DNA of 64,000 nucleotides, from positions 41,832 to 105,831 of the forward strand of contig JALWQW010000026.1 in NCBI GenBank assembly GCA_026982895.1. The letters run 5' to 3'. The number at the start of each line of letters is the position of its first letter. The stretch's first letter is position 1. The DNA comes from Candidatus Micrarchaeota archaeon. GTDB taxonomy: Archaea > Micrarchaeota > Micrarchaeia > Anstonellales > J096. Both the position numbers and the translations under genes were made by a program. The notes below the pieces were generated by a model. The model did no database searches. It saw only the letters and a list, made by a program, of their open reading frames with translations, and had not been told where the DNA came from. Shown here piece after piece: positions 1 to 8,549 of the stretch.

Positions 1-179
1 CAAAGTTTATTTCATCAAATCATGCGTTAAAGGTTCCGTCAGAAACTATTGTGTATGCACCAAACACTCTAGAAGTTTGGGGTTTAATGATTAATGGTGC
101 TTGGCGCATCAAAGATGGCAAATTCATAAATGAGCGTCTTTTGAAGCAGGCTTTAGATACCCTCTTTTATAAACATTAG
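1..179 (+). CDS. 3' end of a gene starting upstream of the window (C-terminal 58 aa; possibly amidohydrolase-like)
   Basis: Frame 3 is open from the window edge to TAG at 177-179 (...[34 protein letters not shown]). The family guess rests only on a weak resemblance to amidohydrolase C-termini. Confidence 0.3.
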   Translation, partial: KFISSNHALKVPSETIVYAPNTLEVWGLMINGAWRIKDGKFINERLLKQALDTLFYKH

Positions 180-202
180 CCTCAAAACTATGTGGTGTTA
201 TA

Positions 203-2686
203 ATGGGAAATAAAGGATTGCTCATTCTAGCCCTATTCTTCCTTTTACTTTACTTCATAAATATATCTTTTGCTCAATCATGTTCTAATGAGGACCAAAG
301 GAGCTTGGATAATTGCGTCTCCTTATGTGATGATAACACATCATGTATTTCTAACTGCTGTTCTGATTACCAATATTGTGATTGTCCTATTACAACTGGT
401 TATGATGACGATGAAGATATGTGTGCCAATGCTTATTGCGGAGATGGAGTATGTGATGAGGCATGCGGAGAGTTCTGCGAAAGTTGTTCAGAAGACTGTG
501 GAAGGTGTGAACCTGAAGAAACGCCTCAACCTCCACCAGAAGATGAAACGCCTTGTATAAATGCTTATTGCGGAGATGGAGTATGTGATGAGGCATGCGG
601 AGAGTTCTGCGAAAGTTGTTCAGAAGACTGTGGAAGGTGTGAACCTGAAGAAACGCCTCAACCACCATCTACTAATGAAACATCTGAAGAACATAATCCC
701 AATAACATAACTATTAACATATCCTATACTGCTACAGAAGTAAAGGATGTGGACTGTCTCACTAGAAAAGAAGGATTTGCTAGGAATGAAAAACTTTACT
801 TAGACATCCAAATATCTTGTGGCTTTGATCCTCAATTGAATGAGCCTAAATATGTTTTCATAGATCCTGATAAGGAGAAAGATGTTAACCCTGCAGATTT
901 CCCATGGTTAGTACCACCAACAACACCAGAAGAAAAATGTTCTAAACAAGATGATCCTGATTGTGATTCAGTTTATACTGATGGAGATAATAGCGGAAAC
1001 TCTTTTGACAATAGATGTATTGGTAAGAAGTGGGAAGAAAAAGCTTCTAAATTGTTCTCTTATTCTAAAAAAGGGTTTTTGCCAAACTGTGATGATAATT
1101 GCCCTTCAAAATACAACCCAAATCAGCAGGACAGTGAGTTTAAAATAATCAAAAAGTGTATAGGTAGCAATTGTTTTGATATATTTACCTTCAATGGCGA
1201 TGGTATAGGCGACGCCTGCGATAATTGTCCATACACCTATAATCCAGATCAAACAGATTCAGATGGCGATGGTATAGGCGACGCCTGCGACGCATGCCCT
1301 AATAAGGCGGATGCTGAAAATACAACCTATGTTAAAGACCTTAAAGGCAATGTGGTCTTCAAATTTCTGGGCCAAAAGGATTCAGATGGTGATGGTATAG
1401 GCGACGCCTGCGATGTTTGCCCAAATTGGTATAATCCTGATCAGAAAGACTCAGACGGCGACGGGGTTTTTTGCAAAGATAACTGTCCAAATATTGAAAA
1501 TCCTGATCAGAATGATTCAGATGGCGATGGTATAGGCGACGCCTGCGATAACTGTATAGCTATCAAAAATCCTGATCAGAATGATTCAGATGGCGATGGT
1601 ATAGGCGACGCCTGCGATTGTTCGGATGGAGTTAAGAGCTCTTATGAAGATGGTGTTGACTGCGGCGGGCCTTACTGTCCTTCATGTGCAACGAATTGTT
1701 TAACCAAAGCCAAATGGGCGCCAAACGATACTATATGTCAGTATGCATGGCCAAAAGGCAGCGGGCCAATAATAGAGGGCAATACAAAAAGTCACTCATG
1801 TTCATTGTATGAGGTTTGCAATCCAGACCTTGATTATATAGTAGCAGATGCAATAGCATGTTGTGAGCATCTAAATTATACATCTTATATGACTGCTATA
1901 GACACTGTTGGCAAACATAGAATGACATCAAAAATTAATGCCTGCGGAAATGCCCGATTTTTATCTGGCATTGGAAAAGGGGGTAAAGCCTACACACCAG
2001 CGAATTTCAAAAAATGCCTTGCATTATATGCTATAAAATCTATAGGTTCATATGCTGTTTATATGCAAGGATACTTCCATGCTGAATTTTGCTGTTATGG
2101 TGATGATACAGGTTGCCCTGAGTCTTGCAAACAATATACTATAGATCCCCCTATTTGGTTCATGGGCACTTCTATGGCTTGTACAGGCCCTATTGGAGCA
2201 ACCCCTGATTTTAAGATGAAAAATGAAAGATGTGAATATTATTACAATTTATTTGGCAAACATGGGAAATTTGGTTATTGGAATTCTGATACCGATTATA
2301 CACAAAATAGTGATAGTGTCTTAGATGCACCCGCACATGTAAGTATAAATTTACTATCGACAGGTAGCTGTGTTGATTATTCTGTGGCTTTAACAACTAT
2401 CCTAAGGAAATTAGGATATGGTAAAAATGAAGTTTATTCTGTTGATGGCGATGGACATTGGTATAATCTCATAAAGCTGCCTGGTGACAAATACTGGCAC
2501 TTTTTAGATACTACTGGAAACACAAGAGGAGATATATATGGCAAGCCATTTACAAAACTCACATCAAAAAACTATGATTATTGTAATAAAATAGACAAAG
2601 GTTGTTCAAATGATGTATATGCCATATCAACATCACTTTGCCCAGGTAAAAATCAAATAATTGGTTGTGGTGGAAAGGGTGGATAA
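203..2686 (+). CDS. Secreted Cys-rich surface protein with thrombospondin type-3-like Ca-binding repeats and a C-terminal transglutaminase-like Cys-His-Asp core
   Basis: 827-aa ORF with an N-terminal signal-like segment ([21 protein letters not shown]). It has two copies of [36 protein letters not shown] and at least 5 DxDxDGxGDxCDxCP repeats (e.g. [15 protein letters not shown]...NPDQ). The C-terminus reads [19 protein letters not shown]...GHWYNLI...HFLDTT, matching the transglutaminase-core pattern. Confidence 0.75.
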   Translation: MGNKGLLILALFFLLLYFINISFAQSCSNEDQRSLDNCVSLCDDNTSCISNCCSDYQYCDCPITTGYDDDEDMCANAYCGDGVCDEACGEFCESCSEDCGRCEPEETPQPPPEDETPCINAYCGDGVCDEACGEFCESCSEDCGRCEPEETPQPPSTNETSEEHNPNNITINISYTATEVKDVDCLTRKEGFARNEKLYLDIQISCGFDPQLNEPKYVFIDPDKEKDVNPADFPWLVPPTTPEEKCSKQDDPDCDSVYTDGDNSGNSFDNRCIGKKWEEKASKLFSYSKKGFLPNCDDNCPSKYNPNQQDSEFKIIKKCIGSNCFDIFTFNGDGIGDACDNCPYTYNPDQTDSDGDGIGDACDACPNKADAENTTYVKDLKGNVVFKFLGQKDSDGDGIGDACDVCPNWYNPDQKDSDGDGVFCKDNCPNIENPDQNDSDGDGIGDACDNCIAIKNPDQNDSDGDGIGDACDCSDGVKSSYEDGVDCGGPYCPSCATNCLTKAKWAPNDTICQYAWPKGSGPIIEGNTKSHSCSLYEVCNPDLDYIVADAIACCEHLNYTSYMTAIDTVGKHRMTSKINACGNARFLSGIGKGGKAYTPANFKKCLALYAIKSIGSYAVYMQGYFHAEFCCYGDDTGCPESCKQYTIDPPIWFMGTSMACTGPIGATPDFKMKNERCEYYYNLFGKHGKFGYWNSDTDYTQNSDSVLDAPAHVSINLLSTGSCVDYSVALTTILRKLGYGKNEVYSVDGDGHWYNLIKLPGDKYWHFLDTTGNTRGDIYGKPFTKLTSKNYDYCNKIDKGCSNDVYAISTSLCPGKNQIIGCGGKGG
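428..663. repeat. Intragenic tandem duplication, period 132 bp (perfect 104-bp copies at 428-531 and 560-663)
   Basis: Direct comparison of the two stretches shows them identical base for base. They encode the duplicated [32 protein letters not shown] module. Confidence 0.9.
1497..1618. repeat. Intragenic tandem repeat, period 69 bp (perfect 53-bp copies at 1497-1549 and 1566-1618), with related copies near 1196, 1256 and 1379
   Basis: The sequence aaaatcctgatcagaatgattcagatggcgatggtataggcgacgcctgcgat is repeated exactly. The core gatggtataggcgacgcctgcga recurs five times and encodes the [10 protein letters not shown] loops. Confidence 0.9.
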
Positions 2687-2687
2687 A

Positions 2688-3512
2688 ATGAAGTTTAAAT
2701 TGCTTCTATTTCTTGTGGTTATTTTTTTGTCCGTGCATTTAGTCAGAAGCTCTAATATGAGTGTTGGTGAGACTATTGTTCACCAGCCTTCACAAGTTAA
2801 TTTAAGTGACGGTCATCTTTTTATAACTAGAGTTAATCCCTCAGAGGCATACTCTGGACAAGAAGTTGAAATTAAATTAATTGTAAACAGCACTTTTAAT
2901 AAACCTCTTCAGCTTACTGCTACAGAGGTTCTTATATCCGACGCTGTATATCTAGACAAAAACATAACCCTATCCACAATAAATTATGATGTTATTCCAG
3001 TTCATTATTACATTTGGCACTTCTCTTTAGAACCTCATTCCTCCAAAACCCTCACATATCATATTAAATTTAATGGCCTTGGCACATTCTCCTTTTCACC
3101 TGCAACAGTTTCAGATCAATTTGGTGATAAAGCAGATTCCCCAGCCACATATATAACTATAAAATGTCAACCTAATGGTCAGTGCGAGGAAGATGAGAAT
3201 TATCTTTTCTGCCCAGAGGATTGTAACACAGGAGAGAAAGATAAAATATGCGATGCTGCCATCGATGGAAAATGCGATCCTGATTGTGAAGAAGGTTATG
3301 ATCTTGACTGCAATAAACTAAATGATACTCAAAAACAAAGCTGTAATATGTTGAGGGATGGCTACTGTAACCAGAGCTGTTTAAATGAAGACCCTGATTG
3401 CGTTTCTCAGGCGAAGACCCAAACCAATTTCTTAATTATAGGTATTGTAATAGTTGTAATAATCGCCTTACTATTTATTGCATTTTATTATAAAAGGAAA
3501 AATAATACTTAA
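2688..3512 (+). CDS. Surface-anchored protein: signal peptide, beta-rich domain, Cys-rich stalk and C-terminal TM anchor
   Basis: ATG at 2688 (MKFKLLLFLVVIFLSVHLVRS) lies 2 nt after the stop of the upstream gene. The track start at 2661 is TTG inside that gene. A Cys-rich segment (CQPNGQCEEDENYLFCPEDCNTGEKDKICDAAIDGKCDPDCEEGYDLDCN) is followed by a C-terminal hydrophobic helix and KRKNNT. Confidence 0.6.
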   Translation: MKFKLLLFLVVIFLSVHLVRSSNMSVGETIVHQPSQVNLSDGHLFITRVNPSEAYSGQEVEIKLIVNSTFNKPLQLTATEVLISDAVYLDKNITLSTINYDVIPVHYYIWHFSLEPHSSKTLTYHIKFNGLGTFSFSPATVSDQFGDKADSPATYITIKCQPNGQCEEDENYLFCPEDCNTGEKDKICDAAIDGKCDPDCEEGYDLDCNKLNDTQKQSCNMLRDGYCNQSCLNEDPDCVSQAKTQTNFLIIGIVIVVIIALLFIAFYYKRKNNT

Positions 3513-4801
3513 AGAATTTTGGCGATTTCATTTAAGAAAACAGTCGCATAGCTGCCAGCAGGCAACTCGACATAAAGCCCCTTTCCATCATGGTCTGCTA
3601 GCCAAGATAAGCTTTTACAAGGGGCCATAGCCATTCTGTATATGCCTTTTGATGATAATTCTGGTAGAGATTTTATATGAAAATCATCCTCTCTTATATC
3701 TATCCTTTCCATTATTTCCTTCTGGTAATTATCACCTTCTAATTTGTAACCTGGAATAGGTATGCACGGAAAAGCATCACCATCTTCGCCATCATATTTC
3801 TCGAGAGCTTTTGATTCGCTTATAGGCATGCCATTTAGGTATTTATTGCACGATTTAGCATCGTTGAACTCGCCACTATGGATGCGCTTTTCCAAACTGT
3901 AATTAAATAGGAAACTCTGCAATGCATGTATAAACATGAGGAAAGTGCCTCTTGGCAACAACCTCAATGCTCGTGCGTAATTGTTTGGCTCATCTATAAT
4001 GGCCGATAGAAGGGTTCTCTCATGCTTCATCCATTTTGGAAATAGTTTAATCGCCTCGCTTAATGATTTCTCCAATAGAGCAGCTCTAGCATCTCTTACA
4101 ACTTCTCTCTCGTTTGTAGAGGGATTTAGAAGATAATACGCCAGCGCTTCTCCTATCATACCTCTAACAAGAAGATAACCTATCTTATGTGTATCTCCTC
4201 TACTCCCAAATCGTTGCTCCCCAAAATAGTTCGGAAAGCCATCGTCGCAACCATCTAATTTTGGCTCTTTTATCCAACCTTTCAATAAAAAGCCATTCCC
4301 TATCAATTCACCCATCTCTATGCTTTTACTCCTATATATTAAAGGCACAATCGACATATCTTTTATTTTAATATTTCTGACCTTCTCAACATCACCTTTA
4401 TATATACTGATAAATTGTGCAGTTATGGCTTGTTTGTCCTTTGTCCCGGCAAAGGAGATGCGTTTTTTACTTATTCCAAGGGATTTGGCAATTCTTTTTA
4501 TAGCTAAATCTGTGGCCCATCTTCGCTTTATTAAGAGCGTTATGAGGAAATCCCCCTTACCTTCCATTTGAGTATACGATGGCTCAGCTTCGATTAACTC
4601 GGTTAGGTTGTTTATAGGTATAGCTCTCATGTATTTATAGAGGTTGTTGTCTGCAGGCAGCTCTTTGACGATAAAATCCTCTGGCTTTTCTTTTAACTTT
4701 ATTCGTCCTGTTCCTTTCCTCATAGGTGTTAAGGGTATTCTATCTAACTCTTTCGGAAGATTTTCCCTTGCCCTGTCATAAAGTTCTCCTAGCGAAGCCA
4801 T
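3509..4801 (-). CDS. truD: tRNA pseudouridine synthase TruD/Pus7 family
   Basis: Carries the TruD motifs GTKDKQAITAQ (catalytic Asp) and FPNYFGEQRFG. Start is placed at ATG 4801, 26 nt from a TATA-like ttttttaatg on the minus strand. The track start at 4819 is also possible. Confidence 0.85.
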   Translation of the reverse strand: MASLGELYDRARENLPKELDRIPLTPMRKGTGRIKLKEKPEDFIVKELPADNNLYKYMRAIPINNLTELIEAEPSYTQMEGKGDFLITLLIKRRWATDLAIKRIAKSLGISKKRISFAGTKDKQAITAQFISIYKGDVEKVRNIKIKDMSIVPLIYRSKSIEMGELIGNGFLLKGWIKEPKLDGCDDGFPNYFGEQRFGSRGDTHKIGYLLVRGMIGEALAYYLLNPSTNEREVVRDARAALLEKSLSEAIKLFPKWMKHERTLLSAIIDEPNNYARALRLLPRGTFLMFIHALQSFLFNYSLEKRIHSGEFNDAKSCNKYLNGMPISESKALEKYDGEDGDAFPCIPIPGYKLEGDNYQKEIMERIDIREDDFHIKSLPELSSKGIYRMAMAPCKSLSWLADHDGKGLYVELPAGSYATVFLNEIAKIL

Positions 4802-4807
4802 AGCTAC

Positions 4808-4832
4808 ATTTTTAAGCATTTACATTAAAAAA
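4808..4832. promoter_or_regulatory. Back-to-back TATA-like boxes for the divergent leaderless genes truD (-) and 4840 (+)
   Basis: atttttaag (4808-4816) lies about 27 nt upstream of ATG 4840. ttttttaatg on the minus strand (4823-4832) lies about 26 nt upstream of ATG 4801. Confidence 0.4.
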
Positions 4833-4839
4833 GGCGCTT

Positions 4840-5952
4840 ATGGCTTCTAACATTGATAACAAAGTATGGCTAGCGATTATAGTTGCGTTGACACTTGTAT
4901 TAGGCGCAGCGGCGTTTATGTTTGTGAGTCCAATGTTTCCCCATGAAGGGCATGGTGAAGAAGGGCAGCATGGGAAAATAAATTCTCTTCTCAATGCTCT
5001 TCAATCCTTTAAAGGTGATGCGAATTATACTCTCGTCAAAACAGAGAGTGTGAATGGAAAGAATAAGACGATCACAGTTGTGAAAAATGGCTCTGTTTTG
5101 TTCGTTAAAGCCTTTGATCCAACATATTTTCTTACGAGCATGTATTATGCTGATGGAAACACAACTAAGGGTTGTATAGAGTTTGCAGGCAGTACTGCCT
5201 GTACAGATCCAAACAAGCACTTTTTCTTAGCGACTCTAAAAGGTGAAGATGATGCTTATTTCGTTAAGGGATATATCCCTGTTATAAAAGTCCTTGCTGA
5301 AAAAGGGGCTTTGCATTTAGAAAAAGAATATGTAACTGATGGCGAGAAGTGCTTTGTATTCAATTATTCCTTTGGAGATTTACCTGTAAAAGAGGTTATG
5401 GCTCTTGGCTATCCAACTAATCCAGCCCAGCTAGCCATAGTGTATAAAAGTATCCTTTGCTTGAACGATGAGCTCATATTCTTCTTTGAGAAAAACTACA
5501 CCTATGCTGGCGAAAATTACAATGAATGGGTTAAGCTTAAAGAAATAAAGGATGAGCCTGAATCAATACACTCTCTGCCACCGAACGACGAATTATCCTT
5601 CAAGGGCGTCTATAATGCTTGGAATACATTCACAAAGGATATGGATAAAGGGCAAGAGTCTAACAACACAGACGGCTCTTTGACAGGCTTAGCTAGTAGA
5701 TATGATATCCCCGAGCTTTGCTTTAGAACCTCCAATCCAGATAACTGTCTCGGAGTATATGTGAGCTTTAGCGATACACATAAAGATAAAGCTATATGTG
5801 ATATGATGGTGAATGAAACATTGAAGAATCAATGCTATTCATATGTGGAAGGTACAGCCACAGAGAATAATGAGACTACTTCAAATGAACTCAATACACC
5901 ATCTAACGAGACCTTTGGCAATGAGTCTGTAGCTATGAATGAGAGTTCATAA
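4840..5952 (+). CDS. Hypothetical membrane-anchored extracellular protein
   Basis: 370-aa ORF with an N-terminal TM helix (VWLAIIVALTLVLGAAAFMFV). No recognisable catalytic motifs. Confidence 0.5.
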   Translation: MASNIDNKVWLAIIVALTLVLGAAAFMFVSPMFPHEGHGEEGQHGKINSLLNALQSFKGDANYTLVKTESVNGKNKTITVVKNGSVLFVKAFDPTYFLTSMYYADGNTTKGCIEFAGSTACTDPNKHFFLATLKGEDDAYFVKGYIPVIKVLAEKGALHLEKEYVTDGEKCFVFNYSFGDLPVKEVMALGYPTNPAQLAIVYKSILCLNDELIFFFEKNYTYAGENYNEWVKLKEIKDEPESIHSLPPNDELSFKGVYNAWNTFTKDMDKGQESNNTDGSLTGLASRYDIPELCFRTSNPDNCLGVYVSFSDTHKDKAICDMMVNETLKNQCYSYVEGTATENNETTSNELNTPSNETFGNESVAMNESS

Positions 5953-5966
5953 TAATACAGCAGCTT

Positions 5967-7265
5967 TCATCCAACCCCTTTCATTTTTAATGAAAGTATT
6001 TTCTTAAATTCATTAGCATATTCAAAAGGAATCTCGCTCAAGAACTCAGAAGCTATACCGAGAATCAATAGATTGTATGCTTGCTCTTCCTTCAATCCTC
6101 TTGATTTTAAATAAAACAACTCTTCCTCGCTTACTCTGCCGACAGAGGCTTCATGACTCACAATAGAGCTCTTTTCCTGCGACAATACGCGTGGAATGCT
6201 TCTAACGTATGCCTTTTTACCGAGCAAATATGAATCACAATCGCTTCTGCATATAGATTCTTTTCCATCTATTGAAAATATTCCATCGAAGATATTTTCT
6301 CCATCATCTTGTGCTATGCTCTTGCTTTTCACATAGGCACTTGTTTTTTTGCCCTCTAATTTAACTTCCACACCTGTTTTCATTCTTTGCCCTTTGCCAG
6401 CATAGCTTAAACCAATCGAGCGCATCCGTGCATTGTCTCCTTTAAGGTATGTAATAGGTCTCTTTTGCGTATAACCGCTTCCCAAATTTCCGTCAAACCA
6501 CTCTATGTATGCATTATCTTCTAAGACAGCAGCACCATTAACTATATTTTTTATGTTTTTACTCCAGCTTTGTAGTGTTATATATTTCATGTGAGCTCCT
6601 TTATGAAGAAAAACCTCTGCCACAGGTAAGTGATATGAAAAATCTCTATATACAAGGGCTGCACAGCCTTCTATGTACTGAACATAACTATCCTCCTCCA
6701 ATACAATCAGTGTGCGCTCCATTTGGCCAAGATCCTTTTCATTTATCATAAAAAATGCTTGGAGAGGATATTTTACTTTAACTCCTTTGGGAACATATAT
6801 AAATGTGCCTCCACTCCAAAAAGCTGTATTGAGCGCCGTGTATATGTTTTTGTTGTATTTGATTAATTTGCCTATATATCTTTTAACCATATTTGGGTAT
6901 TTTTTAACAGCATCATCCATTGAAGAGAAGATAACTCCTTCCTTTTCAAGCACAGACTTCATTTGAGAATAGACAACATCATTGTTTATTTGTGTGTTTA
7001 TGCCCGCTAAAAATTGCTGCTCTGCCTTTGGCAATTCCAGTCGTTCGTAAACCCTTTTAACATCTTCAGGCAGGCTTTTCCATTCATTTACTTTTTTCTC
7101 GCTGTTAGTGTTTTGTATGGATTTCTCTATATCGAGTCCGGGCAGCTCGTCTGAGAGCTTGTGTTTCTCCAGTACTTTGGCAGCCATTAGTCTAAGCTCC
7201 AGCAACCAGCGAGGTTCATCTCTGTCATTGGAGTATTCTCTAATTATCTTATCAAAAGTAGGCAT
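5967..7265 (-). CDS. sufB: Fe-S cluster assembly protein, SufB/SufD family
   Basis: Length and SufB-like C-terminal region (...SHEASVGRVSEEELFYLKSRGLKEEQAYNLLILGIASEF). ATG at 7265 lies about 26 nt from a minus-strand TATA (atttttaaag, 7286-7295). No sufC is adjacent. Confidence 0.8.
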   Translation of the reverse strand: MPTFDKIIREYSNDRDEPRWLLELRLMAAKVLEKHKLSDELPGLDIEKSIQNTNSEKKVNEWKSLPEDVKRVYERLELPKAEQQFLAGINTQINNDVVYSQMKSVLEKEGVIFSSMDDAVKKYPNMVKRYIGKLIKYNKNIYTALNTAFWSGGTFIYVPKGVKVKYPLQAFFMINEKDLGQMERTLIVLEEDSYVQYIEGCAALVYRDFSYHLPVAEVFLHKGAHMKYITLQSWSKNIKNIVNGAAVLEDNAYIEWFDGNLGSGYTQKRPITYLKGDNARMRSIGLSYAGKGQRMKTGVEVKLEGKKTSAYVKSKSIAQDDGENIFDGIFSIDGKESICRSDCDSYLLGKKAYVRSIPRVLSQEKSSIVSHEASVGRVSEEELFYLKSRGLKEEQAYNLLILGIASEFLSEIPFEYANEFKKILSLKMKGVG

Positions 7266-7325
7266 TGTATGTAAAGGCACGCAAGGCTTTAAAAATCTTT
7301 TAAAATGCTATGCTCATATAAGTGT

Positions 7326-8420
7326 ATGCGCTATAGACTATTAATCATATCTGCTTTGTTAGTCTTCTTTATAATAGGCGGTTGCTTAACCAGCAGTACA
7401 AATTTTAAGAACACCACTAAGAGTATCTATGAAAAGAATATTGTGGACAATGAAGAGGTTAATGTTGTTAGTGGGGAAGTTAGGATTGAAGGAGATTCGT
7501 TAGCAATTTATTGGATACCTGCGGCAGAAGAAAAGGAAAGTTCTGAAGAGCATCGCCATTCATATATCGTTTCTCCTTTGAAAATAGGTGGCGATACTAC
7601 AATATGGTTGTATATGAATGGCAAAAAGATTCATGAAACCACAATACATGTTGAGCCTGCTCAATTAGAGAAATATAAATCTGATTATTATTTGAATGAG
7701 GATAATACTCCTACAGAGGAGGAGGGGTATAAATATGAAATTCCTCTCTATGAGATAAAAAATCAGATAGAACATCCTTTTCCAAGAGAGAGGGTGGATG
7801 TATATATTAAAATGAAGACTGAAAAAGGCACAGGGTATGGTTGCGCTTACAAGATGATAACTATGAAAAACCTTTCAAGAAGTGATATAAATAAATTTTA
7901 TAGGGAAGAATATGAAAGAATTAGAAATACTGAAATTAAACCATATATGGAATATTATAATAATATAGAAACCGTCTCGATAGATGGTAGGAACTTCTCT
8001 ATATCTACTCAAGTATATATCTCTGAATCAAGAAACTCTTTTTCAAACACATTCACAAGTCCTGAGGAGATTAAAAGAGCCGCCAATATAAACATTGATG
8101 TTGTCACAAATAAGACTGCTGATGAAGAATTGGGTAATATGACATTTTACTTGAATGGAGAAAAAATACAAACATACCACATATATAATGTGCCAATACG
8201 ATCAAATCACACCATTATCCGATATGAGGGCCGCAATGATTTCAGAAAGGAGATAACCGTTTTATCTCTTGAGGGTAAAAAAATAGATAAACTGGATGAA
8301 CTTAATATAACTCTTGAATATAACGGAGACACATACACTAAAATTGTGGATATTGATCCTTTAGGTAAGGCGCCGGAACCAATATTACAATATATATCGA
8401 CTTTCGAAAAAAAGAATTAA
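7326..8420 (+). CDS. Hypothetical lipoprotein-like secreted protein
   Basis: MRYRLLIISALLVFFIIGGC has signal and lipobox-like features. ATG at 7326 lies about 24-26 nt from the TATA cttttaaaatg (7297-7307). Confidence 0.5.
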   Translation: MRYRLLIISALLVFFIIGGCLTSSTNFKNTTKSIYEKNIVDNEEVNVVSGEVRIEGDSLAIYWIPAAEEKESSEEHRHSYIVSPLKIGGDTTIWLYMNGKKIHETTIHVEPAQLEKYKSDYYLNEDNTPTEEEGYKYEIPLYEIKNQIEHPFPRERVDVYIKMKTEKGTGYGCAYKMITMKNLSRSDINKFYREEYERIRNTEIKPYMEYYNNIETVSIDGRNFSISTQVYISESRNSFSNTFTSPEEIKRAANINIDVVTNKTADEELGNMTFYLNGEKIQTYHIYNVPIRSNHTIIRYEGRNDFRKEITVLSLEGKKIDKLDELNITLEYNGDTYTKIVDIDPLGKAPEPILQYISTFEKKN

Positions 8421-8428
8421 AAAGTATA

Positions 8429-8514
8429 TGCAGGGGGTGGGATTTGAACCCACGAACCCACTACGGGACTAGGCCCTCAACCTAGCGCCTTTGACCAGAC
8501 TTGGCGACCCCTGC
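8429..8514 (-). tRNA. tRNA-Leu (anticodon GAG), long variable arm
   Basis: Reverse complement is GCAGGGGTCGCCAAGTCTGGTCAAAGGCGCTAGGTTGAGGGCCTAGTCCCGTAGTGGGTTCGTGGGTTCAAATCCCACCCCCTGCA. Anticodon arm is CTAGG-TTGAGGG-CCTAG, with a GTTCAAATC T-loop and a 7-bp acceptor stem. Confidence 0.9.
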
Positions 8515-8549
8515 TTAGAATATAAAAAGATAAAGAAAGGTTTAAAGGC

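Noticed and set aside
5967-7265. Orphan sufB without sufC as a sign of a degraded SUF system
   Set aside because: The gene is intact and sufC may simply lie elsewhere. This cannot be judged from one window.
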